A DNA stretch of 64,000 nucleotides from Candidatus Krumholzibacteriia bacterium (GCA_041484665.1 JBGPIA010000011.1:32001-96000); one strand, 5' to 3'; counted from the stretch's first letter, positions 18,824 through 28,123 are shown. Translations and numbers: made by a program. The notes: generated by a model not told the origin, from the letters alone.

Positions 18824-19864
18824 ATGACTGATCCCAGGGACGCTGCGGGCTTGGGAGACGCCGCTGAGCGAGACCCCGCACAGGCGTGGGACCACCCCGA
18901 GGCGGATCTGATCTTCCTGGAGGTGATCGGCCGCCTCGACGAGGCGCGGCGGCAGCATGTCGAGCAGCTCGCCGCGCAGGACCCGACCTTCCGGCGCCAC
19001 CTGGAGTTCGCGCGCTGGCTGCGTCAGCAGGTGCAGGACCACCCGGGCGTGATGTTCGCCGACCACACGCCCAGCGACGAGCTGGTGGCCTGGTGCGATG
19101 ACCCCGCCAGCCTTTTGTCCGCGCGCGCGCAGCGGATCGAGGAGCATCTAGTGGTCTGCGCGGCGTGTGCGGCCGAGGTGGAGATCGTGCGCGCTGTGAA
19201 CGCGGATCTTGCGCGGACGTCGTCGGTGCGAGCGACCGCTATCGACGCGCAGGACAGCGCGGGTTGGCCGTCGCGCTGGTGGGCTCGACTAGCGGCGCTG
19301 CGAACGCTGCCGCCCGCACCCGCCTACGTCGCGCTGCTCGTGCTACTCATTCCCGCGATTGTCGGCGTGCGGTCGTGGCTGTCGCCCGGGGGGCCGGAGG
19401 GGACCGCGCCGCCGGGGACCCTGCCGTTGGGCACCGCGCCGCCGGGGACCCCACCGTCGGGGACCTCGCCAGCCGCTAGCGTGCCCCCTGCGGCAGCAGC
19501 CGGTGCAGGCGCGCTGATGGCCCTGCGCGCGCCCGTCGTGCTCGAGGCGGCCAGCGCGCGCGGTGTCAGCGCCCCGGTCGAGCTGTCGGTTAGCGGGGCC
19601 GGCGAGCAGGTGACCCTGCTGGTGCACGCGCCGATCAGCGTCGAGCCGGGGATCCGCTACGACGCGCGGCTGCTCGGGCCCGCGGGCCAGACCCTGCTGC
19701 GCGCCGAGGGGCTGCAGAGCCTCGATGAGTTCGGAACGTTCGCCTTCGTGCTGCGTCCCACGGCGCTGGCGCCCGGCGACTACGAGCTGACGGTGGACGA
19801 GGTGGCGAGCGCCACGGGCCAGGTCCGCGCCAGCTTCCAGGCGACGTTTCGGCTGCGGCCGTAG
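18824..19864 (+). CDS. Membrane-anchored zf-HC2 anti-sigma factor with a periplasmic Ig-like domain
   Basis: ATG 18824 after AGGAGG; IEEHLVVCAAC (HxxxCxxC); TM helix AYVALLVLLIPAIVGV; P/G/T linker; beta-rich C-terminus LAPGDYELTV. Confidence 0.85.
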   Translation: MTDPRDAAGLGDAAERDPAQAWDHPEADLIFLEVIGRLDEARRQHVEQLAAQDPTFRRHLEFARWLRQQVQDHPGVMFADHTPSDELVAWCDDPASLLSARAQRIEEHLVVCAACAAEVEIVRAVNADLARTSSVRATAIDAQDSAGWPSRWWARLAALRTLPPAPAYVALLVLLIPAIVGVRSWLSPGGPEGTAPPGTLPLGTAPPGTPPSGTSPAASVPPAAAAGAGALMALRAPVVLEAASARGVSAPVELSVSGAGEQVTLLVHAPISVEPGIRYDARLLGPAGQTLLRAEGLQSLDEFGTFAFVLRPTALAPGDYELTVDEVASATGQVRASFQATFRLRP

Positions 19865-19887
19865 CGCGCGTCCCGCATCCCTGCCGC

Positions 19888-20054
19888 GCCCCCGCAACGT
19901 CTTTGCGGCGCCCTCCCGGATCCGCCCCCGCAACGTCCTCCGGCCCCCTCCCGGATCCGCGCCCGCACAGGCTGCCGTCCATCCGCGCCAGCGCGAACTG
20001 CCGTGCACCCGCGCCATTACAAGCTACCGTGCATCCGCGCCAGCACGAACTGCC
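19888..20054. repeat. Two adjacent tandem repeats (about 36 bp x2, then 26 bp x3)
   Basis: gcccccgcaacgtc...ccctcccggatccgc twice; ctgccgtccatccgcgccagcgcgaa-type units at 19972, 19998 and 20024. Confidence 0.8.
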
Positions 20055-20057
20055 CAT

Positions 20058-20084
20058 TGCAACCCAACCGCTGCCTCAGGCGTC
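20058..20084 (+). promoter_or_regulatory. Candidate ECF-sigma promoter
   Basis: TGCAAC-N17-CGTC (AAC/CGT ECF architecture), about 80 nt upstream of the DUF5916 gene. Confidence 0.5.
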
Positions 20085-20166
20085 CAAGGATCGCCCCCGA
20101 TGCGTCAGCGACCCAGGTGACGGATCCAGGCGGCTGGAGCGTCCAGCCATACTGCAGGAGGCCATC

Positions 20167-22929
20167 GTGTGCCCGTTCTTCGCCAACGCCGCGGCCATGG
20201 GGGCCTGCTTGGTGGCGCTTGTCGCCGCCGCAGATCCAGCGCCAGCGCAGGACGCCGGGCAGGACTCGGTCCAGCAAGCCGCCGGGCAACCGGCACTCGC
20301 AGCGCCGCAGCAGACGCCGCGGGCGACGCCGGGTCCCGGGTCTCCGCCCCCGCCGCTGCGCCAGATCCAAGCGCACCGCGTGACCCAGGCGCCTCGCATC
20401 GACGGAAACCTCGACGACCTGGCCTGGCAGACCCCGGCGACCACGGGGCTGATCCAGAACGAGCCAACCAATGGAGCGGCGCCGGTCCGCGAGACCCGCT
20501 TTTGGATCGCCTACGACGACGAGGCGCTCTACGCCGCCTTCCGCATGTGTGATGCAGCGCCTGACTCGGTCGATCGCGCCATCGCGCGCCGTGACGACTT
20601 TCCCAACACCGACGCCATCCTGCTCGAGCTGGATCCCTACAACGATGACCGCAATGGCTCCCTGTTCATGGTGAGCGCCGGCGGGGCGGTCTTGGACGAG
20701 CAGCTGTACAACGACGGCTGGGACGATCCCTCGTGGGACGGGGTGTGGGAGTCCGCCGCGGCCGTCGACGCGCAGGGCTGGACGGCGGAGATGATGATCC
20801 CGTTCTCGCAGCTGCGCTTCCCGGCGCGGCCCGATCAGGTGTGGGGGATCAACGTCAGCCGCCGCTGCAAGCGCAACCAGGAGCGCGACGACCTCTTCCA
20901 TCGGGCGCGCACCGACTCCGGCCACATCAGCCGCTTCCCCGACCTGGTGGGCCTGAGCGGCATCCACGCCGGCGGGCGGCGCGAGGCCTGGCTCTACGGG
21001 CTGGGCAAGGGGGAGTACCTGCAAACCACCGCGGGCAATCCGTTCAACGACGGCTCAAAGCTGCACGCCAACCTCGGCGCCGACCTCAAGTGGGGCCTGG
21101 CCAGCAACCTGACGCTCAACGCCACGGTCAACCCCGACTTCGGCCAAGTGGAGATCGACCCCGCGGTGGTGAATCTGTCCGACGTGGAGACGATCTTCGA
21201 CGAGAAGCGCCCCTTCTTCGTCCAGGACAGCAACACGTTCAACTTCGGACGGGATGGCACCAACAACAATTGGAACTTCAACTGGATGGACCCCAACCTG
21301 CTCTACACCCGGCGCATCGGCCGCAATCCCCAGCTGAGCCTCCAGAACGATCCGCAGTTCACCGAGTCGCCCACCGGCACGACGATCCTGGGGGCGGCCA
21401 AGCTGACCGGACGGCTGGGCTCGACGAACTTCGGGGCGCTCAGCGCGCTCACCTCCAACGAGTACTACCACTTCTCCCAGGACGGTGTGCGGGGGCGCCA
21501 ACTGGCGGAGCCGCTCACCAACTACACGGTGCTGCGCGGCACCCGGGCCTCGCACAGCGCGACCAGCGCGCTGGGCTTCATGGCGACCAGCACCCAGCGC
21601 GATCTCAGCGACAGTCTCAGCCGTACGGAGCTGGCGCGGCACGCCTATACCGGCGGCGTGGACGGCTGGACCTACCTGGGCGCAAGCCAGCGGTGGGCAA
21701 TGCGCGGGTATCTGAGCGGGAGCCTGATCCAGGGTGATCCGGACGCGATCGCGGCGCAGCAGACCTCATCGCGGCGTTACTACCAGCGCCCCGACGCCAA
21801 CCACCTGCAATACGATCCCACGCGCACGGACCTGGCCGGCTGGATGGGGCGGCTGATGCTCAACAAGCAGAAGGGCGACATCACGCTCAACACGGCGGTG
21901 GGCGCTGTTTCACCCGGGTATGAGATCAACGACCTGGGATTCCAGTTCCGCAGCGATGTGATCAACACGCACCTGGCGCTGGGACGCCGCTGGACGCAGC
22001 CCAACCGCCTCGTACGCTTCCGCGACGTGTCGCTGGCCAGCTACTGGACGTGGGACTTCAACGGGACGCGCAACGGAGGCGGCCTGGGCGCCTTCTACTC
22101 GGCCCAGTTTACCAACTACTGGTCACTCAACGGGAATTTCTTCTACAACCCCTCGTACGAGAGCACGCGCGCCACGCGGGGAGGGCCCCTCATGCGTTTG
22201 CCCGTGCACCGGGAGCTCTATCTGTACGCCGAGACCGATTCGCGCAAGATCGTGAGGTTCAGCGTGGAGGGAGGTGCCGGCGAGGACACGCAACGGGCGC
22301 GCAATGCGTGGGCGGGCTTGGGGCTCACGCTCAAGCCCAGCAGCGCGCTGACGCTTACCCTGCGACCCTCCTACAGCTGGGAGCAGAACCAGGCGCAGTA
22401 CGTGGACGTCGTCGACGATTCGACCATGGTCGCGACGTACGGCCACCGCTACGTGTTCAGCGATCTGGCGTACCGGGAGCTGGGCATGAGCGTGCGGGCG
22501 GACTGGGCGTTCACCCCGCACCTGACGCTGCAGGGCTACGTCCAGCCCCTGATCGCGATGGGCGACTACACCGACCTCAAGGAGTTCGCGCAACCCGACA
22601 GCTACCGCTTCAGCGTCTACGGGCGCGACAACGGCTCGCACATTACGCTCGATCCGGCGACCAACCGGTACATCGTCGATCCGGACGGCAGCACGCAGCA
22701 CAGCTTCGACCTGGACAATCCCGACTTCAACTTCAAGTCGCTGCGCATCAACCTCGTCCTGCGCTGGGAGTACCGCCCTGGCTCCACCTTCTTCCTGGTG
22801 TGGACGCGCAACGGCACCGACGAAGCGAATCCCGGAACGCTGAACATGGGACGCGACGTAGACTCGCTGTTCAAGGCGCCCAGCGACAATGTGGTGCTGG
22901 CGAAGATCACCACCTGGCTGGATTTCTAG
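20167..22929 (+). CDS. DUF5916/CBM9-like domain outer-membrane beta-barrel protein
   Basis: GTG 20167 after CAGGAG; signal peptide; PRIDGNLDDLAW, WTAEMMIPFSQLRF, TVNPDFGQVE, EKRPFF, YTRRIG; terminal Phe (WLDF). Confidence 0.88.
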   Translation: MCPFFANAAAMGACLVALVAAADPAPAQDAGQDSVQQAAGQPALAAPQQTPRATPGPGSPPPPLRQIQAHRVTQAPRIDGNLDDLAWQTPATTGLIQNEPTNGAAPVRETRFWIAYDDEALYAAFRMCDAAPDSVDRAIARRDDFPNTDAILLELDPYNDDRNGSLFMVSAGGAVLDEQLYNDGWDDPSWDGVWESAAAVDAQGWTAEMMIPFSQLRFPARPDQVWGINVSRRCKRNQERDDLFHRARTDSGHISRFPDLVGLSGIHAGGRREAWLYGLGKGEYLQTTAGNPFNDGSKLHANLGADLKWGLASNLTLNATVNPDFGQVEIDPAVVNLSDVETIFDEKRPFFVQDSNTFNFGRDGTNNNWNFNWMDPNLLYTRRIGRNPQLSLQNDPQFTESPTGTTILGAAKLTGRLGSTNFGALSALTSNEYYHFSQDGVRGRQLAEPLTNYTVLRGTRASHSATSALGFMATSTQRDLSDSLSRTELARHAYTGGVDGWTYLGASQRWAMRGYLSGSLIQGDPDAIAAQQTSSRRYYQRPDANHLQYDPTRTDLAGWMGRLMLNKQKGDITLNTAVGAVSPGYEINDLGFQFRSDVINTHLALGRRWTQPNRLVRFRDVSLASYWTWDFNGTRNGGGLGAFYSAQFTNYWSLNGNFFYNPSYESTRATRGGPLMRLPVHRELYLYAETDSRKIVRFSVEGGAGEDTQRARNAWAGLGLTLKPSSALTLTLRPSYSWEQNQAQYVDVVDDSTMVATYGHRYVFSDLAYRELGMSVRADWAFTPHLTLQGYVQPLIAMGDYTDLKEFAQPDSYRFSVYGRDNGSHITLDPATNRYIVDPDGSTQHSFDLDNPDFNFKSLRINLVLRWEYRPGSTFFLVWTRNGTDEANPGTLNMGRDVDSLFKAPSDNVVLAKITTWLDF

Positions 22930-22956
22930 GCTGGGGCGCGCAAGGCGGCGGGGGCG

Positions 22957-23577
22957 CTACGGCTTCGGCGTAAGGCGTGTGCGGTCGAGTCCTTCGGGCA
23001 GTCCAGCGGGGAACCGGGCGAATCGGCGCGCGGCCACCCATTCGCCGGACTCACCCCAACGCAAACGCGATGCGCGCGAGGCGGAGCTCGATGCCAGGCT
23101 GCCGCCCACGATCCATGCCGGCGCCGTGAGGATGAGATACCCCCCATTGGACGCGGTGGAGAGCGTCCCCAGCACGCTCCATGCAGCGATTACACCGGAG
23201 GGCGGCGTGTACCCCCAGAGCTCCCCCTTCGCGATCCGGGTGTTGGGGACGGCCACCAGTCCGCCGGACCGCGGCAGCACCAGCACGCTATCCGACCCGA
23301 TGGCGATCAGCTCGCCGGCGATCCGAGCGCCAGCTGTTCGCATGCTGGTGGACTGCACGCTGGAGGTCTGCTTGCTGGAGGTCTCGGCGCCCTCCGTCCC
23401 CCCCGTCAGCTCGAGCACGATCCAGCCTCCGTAGCGGTCCTGGGGCGCCTGTTCTGCCCTGGGCAGCCACCCCTTGGGAGCGGGATTGGTGGTGCATCCG
23501 CACAGCAGGCCCGCGCAGCAGGCCGCGAGCGCGGCCCACCGCGCCTGGGCTGCGACGCCGCGATCAGCGTTTCTCAT
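22957..23577 (-). CDS. Hypothetical lipoprotein
   Basis: ATG 23577; lipobox LCGC; GELIA...GTLSTASNG...FARFPAGLP; overlaps the upstream gene end. Confidence 0.75.
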   Translation of the reverse strand: MRNADRGVAAQARWAALAACCAGLLCGCTTNPAPKGWLPRAEQAPQDRYGGWIVLELTGGTEGAETSSKQTSSVQSTSMRTAGARIAGELIAIGSDSVLVLPRSGGLVAVPNTRIAKGELWGYTPPSGVIAAWSVLGTLSTASNGGYLILTAPAWIVGGSLASSSASRASRLRWGESGEWVAARRFARFPAGLPEGLDRTRLTPKP

Positions 23578-25150
23578 AGCGACTGCTCCAGAACAACGAC
23601 TCCATCGAGGCCTCCACCCGCTTGAAGCGCGGCGCCAGCTCGCGCAGCACGACCTGCGGCTCGAGCAAGAGCGCCCGGGCGTGTGCGGCGTCCTCTTCCG
23701 CCAGCCACTCCTCGCGCATCCACTCCAGGTAGTAGCCCTTCGTCTCCAGGAACAGCTCCGGATCCGGCGCGTCCTGCGGTAGAGCGAACCGCAGCGTGTA
23801 GATGTCTCCGGGAAGGGTGACGAGCGTGCTGTCGGGATCCAGCAAGCGGCGCAATGCATCGTCGTCGCGCTGGCCGTACGGCGGCGCGCCGCGACGCACT
23901 TCCCGCACTGGCACGCGGACAGGCTCCACGATTCGCTCCAGGCGCGCCAGCGCCACGCCGTCGATGCGCCACGCGCCCTTGGCCATGCGCAGCGTCACGG
24001 TCAAGGGACCCCCGGAATGCGTGAGCGGGAGCACGCGCGTGTCGGTGGCCAAGGGGCCGGTCTCGGCGATGCGACCGATCGCGCTCGCTGTTCCACCTTC
24101 GGCTCGGACCGCCACGTCGATCCCGCCCAAGGCATGCACGACGGCGGCGGTGCCGGCGCGCGCTGCGGGATCGCCGCGCTGCAGTGCCGCGAGCCACTCA
24201 CCCGCGTGCGTTCCGAGCCAGGCGAGGCTCTGGTAGAACAGGTACGTCGGCAGCAGCGACTGGCGCGAGCAGACCACCACTCCGAGCTGTCCTGCCGGCG
24301 CCGCGTCGAAGTGCAGCGTCAGCGTCTCGGCAGCCGCGAGGTCGGTGGAGTCGGCCGCGCTGCAGTACTCGCGCCCGTCGAAGCTGCACACCCATGCGCT
24401 GCAATCGCCAGAGGGGCCCAGGCAGCGATCCGGTGGCTGAACGTTGGTCGCTACCCAAAAATTTCCATCGGTGCCGGCGAAAATCCGGCCGCCTGGCGGG
24501 CGCTGCATGGCCAACAGCCGCACCGAGCGTACGACGTGCGTCTCATACGCCTCGTTGCGCATCGTGAGCGCGACCTCGCCACCGGATGGCCGCACGCTGG
24601 GCAGGGCGTCCACGTCCACGGCCTCCAGCACCGGCGCAACGCTGGCCGAGAACGCCTCCGCCACCAGGCGCTCCTGCCCGTCGATTGTGGCATAAAACGT
24701 CGGGCACGACCCAAAGCACGCCTTGGGGTCGGTAAGGCACGCGACCGCCACGGCGGCGGTGACCACGGTGAGCGCCGCCAGCACCGTCGCCTGTGGCGCT
24801 GCATGGACGACGTTGGTCTCCAGCAGTACCACCGAGTCCAACGGGACCGCCAGCTGGCCGCGGGCGATCTCGTGACGCGCGGGATCGAAACGCGTCCCCG
24901 TGCCGACGATCTTGCGCGCCTGCTGCGAAACGTCCCAGTGCTGCAGGATGCAGAGATCTCCATTGCGCAGGTGCACCTTGAGGTGCTCCGACTGGCGATC
25001 GATGACCTCGAGCTGGGTGGGTTGCAACAATCGCCGCTCGACGACCCGCGCACAGGCCGCCAGCAGCAGCGCGGCGCCAAGACCGGCGACCGACCAGCGT
25101 ACTCCGCAGGCGAACCGGCGCGCGCCAGCCAGGCGGATCCGCGGGCCCAT
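23564..25150 (-). CDS. Conserved hypothetical lipoprotein/membrane protein with a CxxxPKACFGSCP motif
   Basis: Lipobox LAAC; internal hydrophobic helix followed by ACLTDPKACFGSCPTFY; LFLETKGYYLEWMREEWL. Confidence 0.75.
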   Translation of the reverse strand: MGPRIRLAGARRFACGVRWSVAGLGAALLLAACARVVERRLLQPTQLEVIDRQSEHLKVHLRNGDLCILQHWDVSQQARKIVGTGTRFDPARHEIARGQLAVPLDSVVLLETNVVHAAPQATVLAALTVVTAAVAVACLTDPKACFGSCPTFYATIDGQERLVAEAFSASVAPVLEAVDVDALPSVRPSGGEVALTMRNEAYETHVVRSVRLLAMQRPPGGRIFAGTDGNFWVATNVQPPDRCLGPSGDCSAWVCSFDGREYCSAADSTDLAAAETLTLHFDAAPAGQLGVVVCSRQSLLPTYLFYQSLAWLGTHAGEWLAALQRGDPAARAGTAAVVHALGGIDVAVRAEGGTASAIGRIAETGPLATDTRVLPLTHSGGPLTVTLRMAKGAWRIDGVALARLERIVEPVRVPVREVRRGAPPYGQRDDDALRRLLDPDSTLVTLPGDIYTLRFALPQDAPDPELFLETKGYYLEWMREEWLAEEDAAHARALLLEPQVVLRELAPRFKRVEASMESLFWSSRYEKR

Positions 25151-25251
25151 CGGGTCACCTCGGTGGTGGAGGGTCGCAACCGGCGGAGATCCAGAGGATC
25201 GAAGCTATGCCCGCAGCGCTGGCGCGGTCAATGCCAGTTCAGCAGCTCGAA

Positions 25252-26235
25252 TCACCAGCTCCAGGGCGATCGGAGCCAATTCCGCGTCCGCTGGATCCAC
25301 TCTTCTTCCATCGCGCTCGTCGACTGCACCTTGCGCAGACGATGCAGGAGAAGCGCGACGGTTCGAAGCCGTATGAGGTCTGGGAAGCGCTCAAGCCTCG
25401 TGGCGTCAGGTTCCCGGACGGCACCGTATCCCTCCAAGAACCAGCCGAGGTAGTGCGCTCGCTCTTCGCGGCTGGCGTTTCGGAATACCCACAACGCGCA
25501 GGCAATGTCCCAGCAGAACCAATGATGGCAGCAGTCGTCAAAGTCGAAGATCTGTATCGAGCCGTCGTGGAGCAAGAAGTTGGTTCTTTCGAAATCTCCA
25601 TGCACCATCCCATAGTGCGCCGGTTCCGACGCCTGGCCGTGGAGCCAGGCGATGAGTTGGTTCCGCAGGGGCAACGCCTCGTCATCCTCGGCCACTCCGC
25701 TCGCGCAGCAGCCGGCCACCGCGTCATCAGGCCAATCAGGTCGGCGAAACTCGCGCCGAGCCTTGAAGCTCTGCGAAAGCGCGTGCAAGCGGCCCATCGC
25801 GCGACCCCACAGATGGAAGAGCGGTCGGTCGATGTCGGCCGAGTAGTACTCGAAGTTGCGTCCTTCGAAGCGCGGAAATACAGCGGCGTACGTCCGCTCA
25901 CCGCTCGCCACGAACCGCGACGCGTCGACAATTCGCTGGCCCGCCAGCGACTCAAGTCCAGGAGCCACGTTCAACCCGCCCGCGGCCACGTGGTCGACGA
26001 AATCGAGCTCCGCCTCCAACTGCTCACGGGTACGGTGCGCTTCGCTCGTCAGTCGCAAGACCACTCGCCTGCCTCCGAGCTCGATCCCCCAGCTCGAGTT
26101 CTCCGCATCGCGAATGTGGACCGGCTGCGCCGCCCCGGCATTCCAGAGCCGTGCCACTGCGAGCGCCTGCTGCGCCTTCACTCTGGGTGTGCCGACCATG
26201 CTCGCACTGTACTCCCAGCGAGGATTTCGCGGCAA
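25252..26235 (-). CDS. Aminoglycoside-phosphotransferase-like / homoserine kinase type II family small-molecule kinase
   Basis: ELDFVDH, WGRAMGRLH, catalytic HGDFERTN and DFDDC; start may be 26199. Confidence 0.85.
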   Translation of the reverse strand: MPRNPRWEYSASMVGTPRVKAQQALAVARLWNAGAAQPVHIRDAENSSWGIELGGRRVVLRLTSEAHRTREQLEAELDFVDHVAAGGLNVAPGLESLAGQRIVDASRFVASGERTYAAVFPRFEGRNFEYYSADIDRPLFHLWGRAMGRLHALSQSFKARREFRRPDWPDDAVAGCCASGVAEDDEALPLRNQLIAWLHGQASEPAHYGMVHGDFERTNFLLHDGSIQIFDFDDCCHHWFCWDIACALWVFRNASREERAHYLGWFLEGYGAVREPDATRLERFPDLIRLRTVALLLHRLRKVQSTSAMEEEWIQRTRNWLRSPWSW

Positions 26236-26246
26236 CAGAGCGAGCT

Positions 26247-26381
26247 GCCCAACAACGTGCTGGACCTGACGCCGCTCAGCGTCGTCGCACGGTGGCGCTG
26301 TGCCGCCTGGCGGCGTAGGGTCTTGCCTGGGTCGATGCTCGACGGGGCTGGGCCGCGCAAGTAAGCACTGATCCGTTCAGC
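26247..26381 (+). mobile_element. Solitary integron attC-like site
   Basis: R'' GCCCAAC; arm gtgctGgacctgAcg pairs with cgcaagtaagcac leaving two extra bases; R'-like GTTCAGC; 135 bp. Confidence 0.6.
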
Positions 26382-26419
26382 ACCCACAAGCGCCAAGTTC
26401 CGTTGTGCGCCCGGAGCGG

Positions 26420-28123
26420 TCAACGCCCGTTGGGGGTGCGGGCCAGATCGGCGCCCAGCGCGGCGCGCACGCGAACCTGCACCGCGCGTGCTTGCTGCAG
26501 GGCGCGCTCCAGCGCCTGCTCGGCGCGCGGCCGCGTGACGGCCGCCCATTGCGCGTCGCCCTCCAGCCCGCCTAGATTGATCAGTACGTTGTAATATGCG
26601 CCTTCGGCACACGCGCCGGCGCACAGCGCCGCCACGCCACCGTCGCTCACTGAATTGGGATTGCCCTTGGCGACGACGCTCTCGACCAGGTCGAGCACTG
26701 GCGACATGCGCTCGAGCACGGACAGCGGCACCAAGGTGGCACCGCGATTGGCCTCGCGCAGCGCTGCGTCGCGCGCGGCGGTCTCCTGCGGCGTCTTCTT
26801 GGGCATCCGCCGCGCCTCGAGCACCCGGTTGAACGCGACCGTGTCATCGTCGACCGCCGCGAGCAGCCAGTCCTTGTGCTGCTGGGCTTGCACCGCGACA
26901 TCGGACAGCTCGTCCCAGACGTCCTCCTGCCCCTTGCGACCCACGGTGAGGTTGGCGACCATCGCGGCCAGGCCCGCCGCGAGCGCCCCGCACAGCGCGG
27001 CGACGCTGCCGCCCCCGGGCGCCGGCGACTCGCTGGAGAGCTCGTCGGTGAACCCGGTCACGGTGAGATGGCGCAGCCCCTTTTCGCCGCGCCGGAGCCG
27101 GTACTCGATGATCTTCTCGTGGGGGTCGAAGGGTGCGACCTCCCGCAGCCCCAGCGACTGGATCGCGCAGTCGATCACGTCCACCTCGGGGGCGCCGGCG
27201 CTCTTGCCCTGCCGGCGCAGGTAGTGGCGACCGGCCAGCAGCATGGGCGCCAGCGGCGTCAGGCCCACCAGCTCGCTGCCGGTCGCGCGCAGCCCGCGCA
27301 GCGAAGCCTCATCGCAGACGGCGTCGAAGGCCTGATGCAAGGATGTGACCGGATAGTCCACCAGATTGATGGAGATCTGCGCGCGTTTGTACTCGTCGAT
27401 GTACCAGCCGACGGCCTTAACGGCACGCAGCCGCCCCGGGACGTTGACCGGCGTGCCGTCGGCGTTGCGCACGATCTCACCGCTCGCATCGCGCTGCGGG
27501 CGGCCGGCTTCGCGGATCGAGAGCGCGATGTCGTTGGCGAGTCTGCGGTCGCACGTGTTGAGGTTGACGTTGTAGGCCAGCAAGAACTGCCGCGCGCCGA
27601 TCACGGTCGCACCGCTGCGCGGGTTGAAGGTGGCGGGACCGAAGTCCGGGCGCCAGCGCGGGTCGGCGAGCTTGTGGGGCAGTCCCTCGTATTCCCCGGC
27701 CCGGATGGTGGCCAGGTTGCGCCGCTCCTCGCTCGCCGCGGCGTGCTCGTACAGATAGACCGGGATCCCCAGCTCCGCGCCGACACGCTGGCCCAGAGCG
27801 CGGGCGAGCTGCGCGCACTCCTCCATGGTCACGCCGGCCACGGGCACGAATGGGCAGACGTCCGTGGCACCCATGCGCGGGTGCTCGCCATGGTGGCGCG
27901 CCATGTCGATCAGCTCGGCCGCCTTGGCGATGGCGTTGAAAGCGCCCTCGAGCGCAGCCTCCGGCGAGCCCACGAAGGTCACCACCGTGCGATGGGTCGC
28001 CTTGCCCGGATCGACGTCGAGCAGCTCGCAACCCTCGGTGCCCGAGATCGCCGCGGCGATCTGGCCGATGACCGCGCGGTCGCGCCCTTCGCTGAAATTG
28101 GGAACGCACTCAACGATGCGCAT
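26420..28123 (-). CDS. ftcd: Bifunctional glutamate formimidoyltransferase/formimidoyltetrahydrofolate cyclodeaminase
   Basis: MRIVECVPNFSEGRD, HHGEHPRMGATDVCPFVP, SELVGL, PAPGGGSVAA. Confidence 0.96.
   Translation of the reverse strand: MRIVECVPNFSEGRDRAVIGQIAAAISGTEGCELLDVDPGKATHRTVVTFVGSPEAALEGAFNAIAKAAELIDMARHHGEHPRMGATDVCPFVPVAGVTMEECAQLARALGQRVGAELGIPVYLYEHAAASEERRNLATIRAGEYEGLPHKLADPRWRPDFGPATFNPRSGATVIGARQFLLAYNVNLNTCDRRLANDIALSIREAGRPQRDASGEIVRNADGTPVNVPGRLRAVKAVGWYIDEYKRAQISINLVDYPVTSLHQAFDAVCDEASLRGLRATGSELVGLTPLAPMLLAGRHYLRRQGKSAGAPEVDVIDCAIQSLGLREVAPFDPHEKIIEYRLRRGEKGLRHLTVTGFTDELSSESPAPGGGSVAALCGALAAGLAAMVANLTVGRKGQEDVWDELSDVAVQAQQHKDWLLAAVDDDTVAFNRVLEARRMPKKTPQETAARDAALREANRGATLVPLSVLERMSPVLDLVESVVAKGNPNSVSDGGVAALCAGACAEGAYYNVLINLGGLEGDAQWAAVTRPRAEQALERALQQARAVQVRVRAALGADLARTPNGR

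Noticed and set aside
19888..20054. Possible CRISPR array
   Set aside because: Contiguous tandem units without unique spacers, and no cas genes
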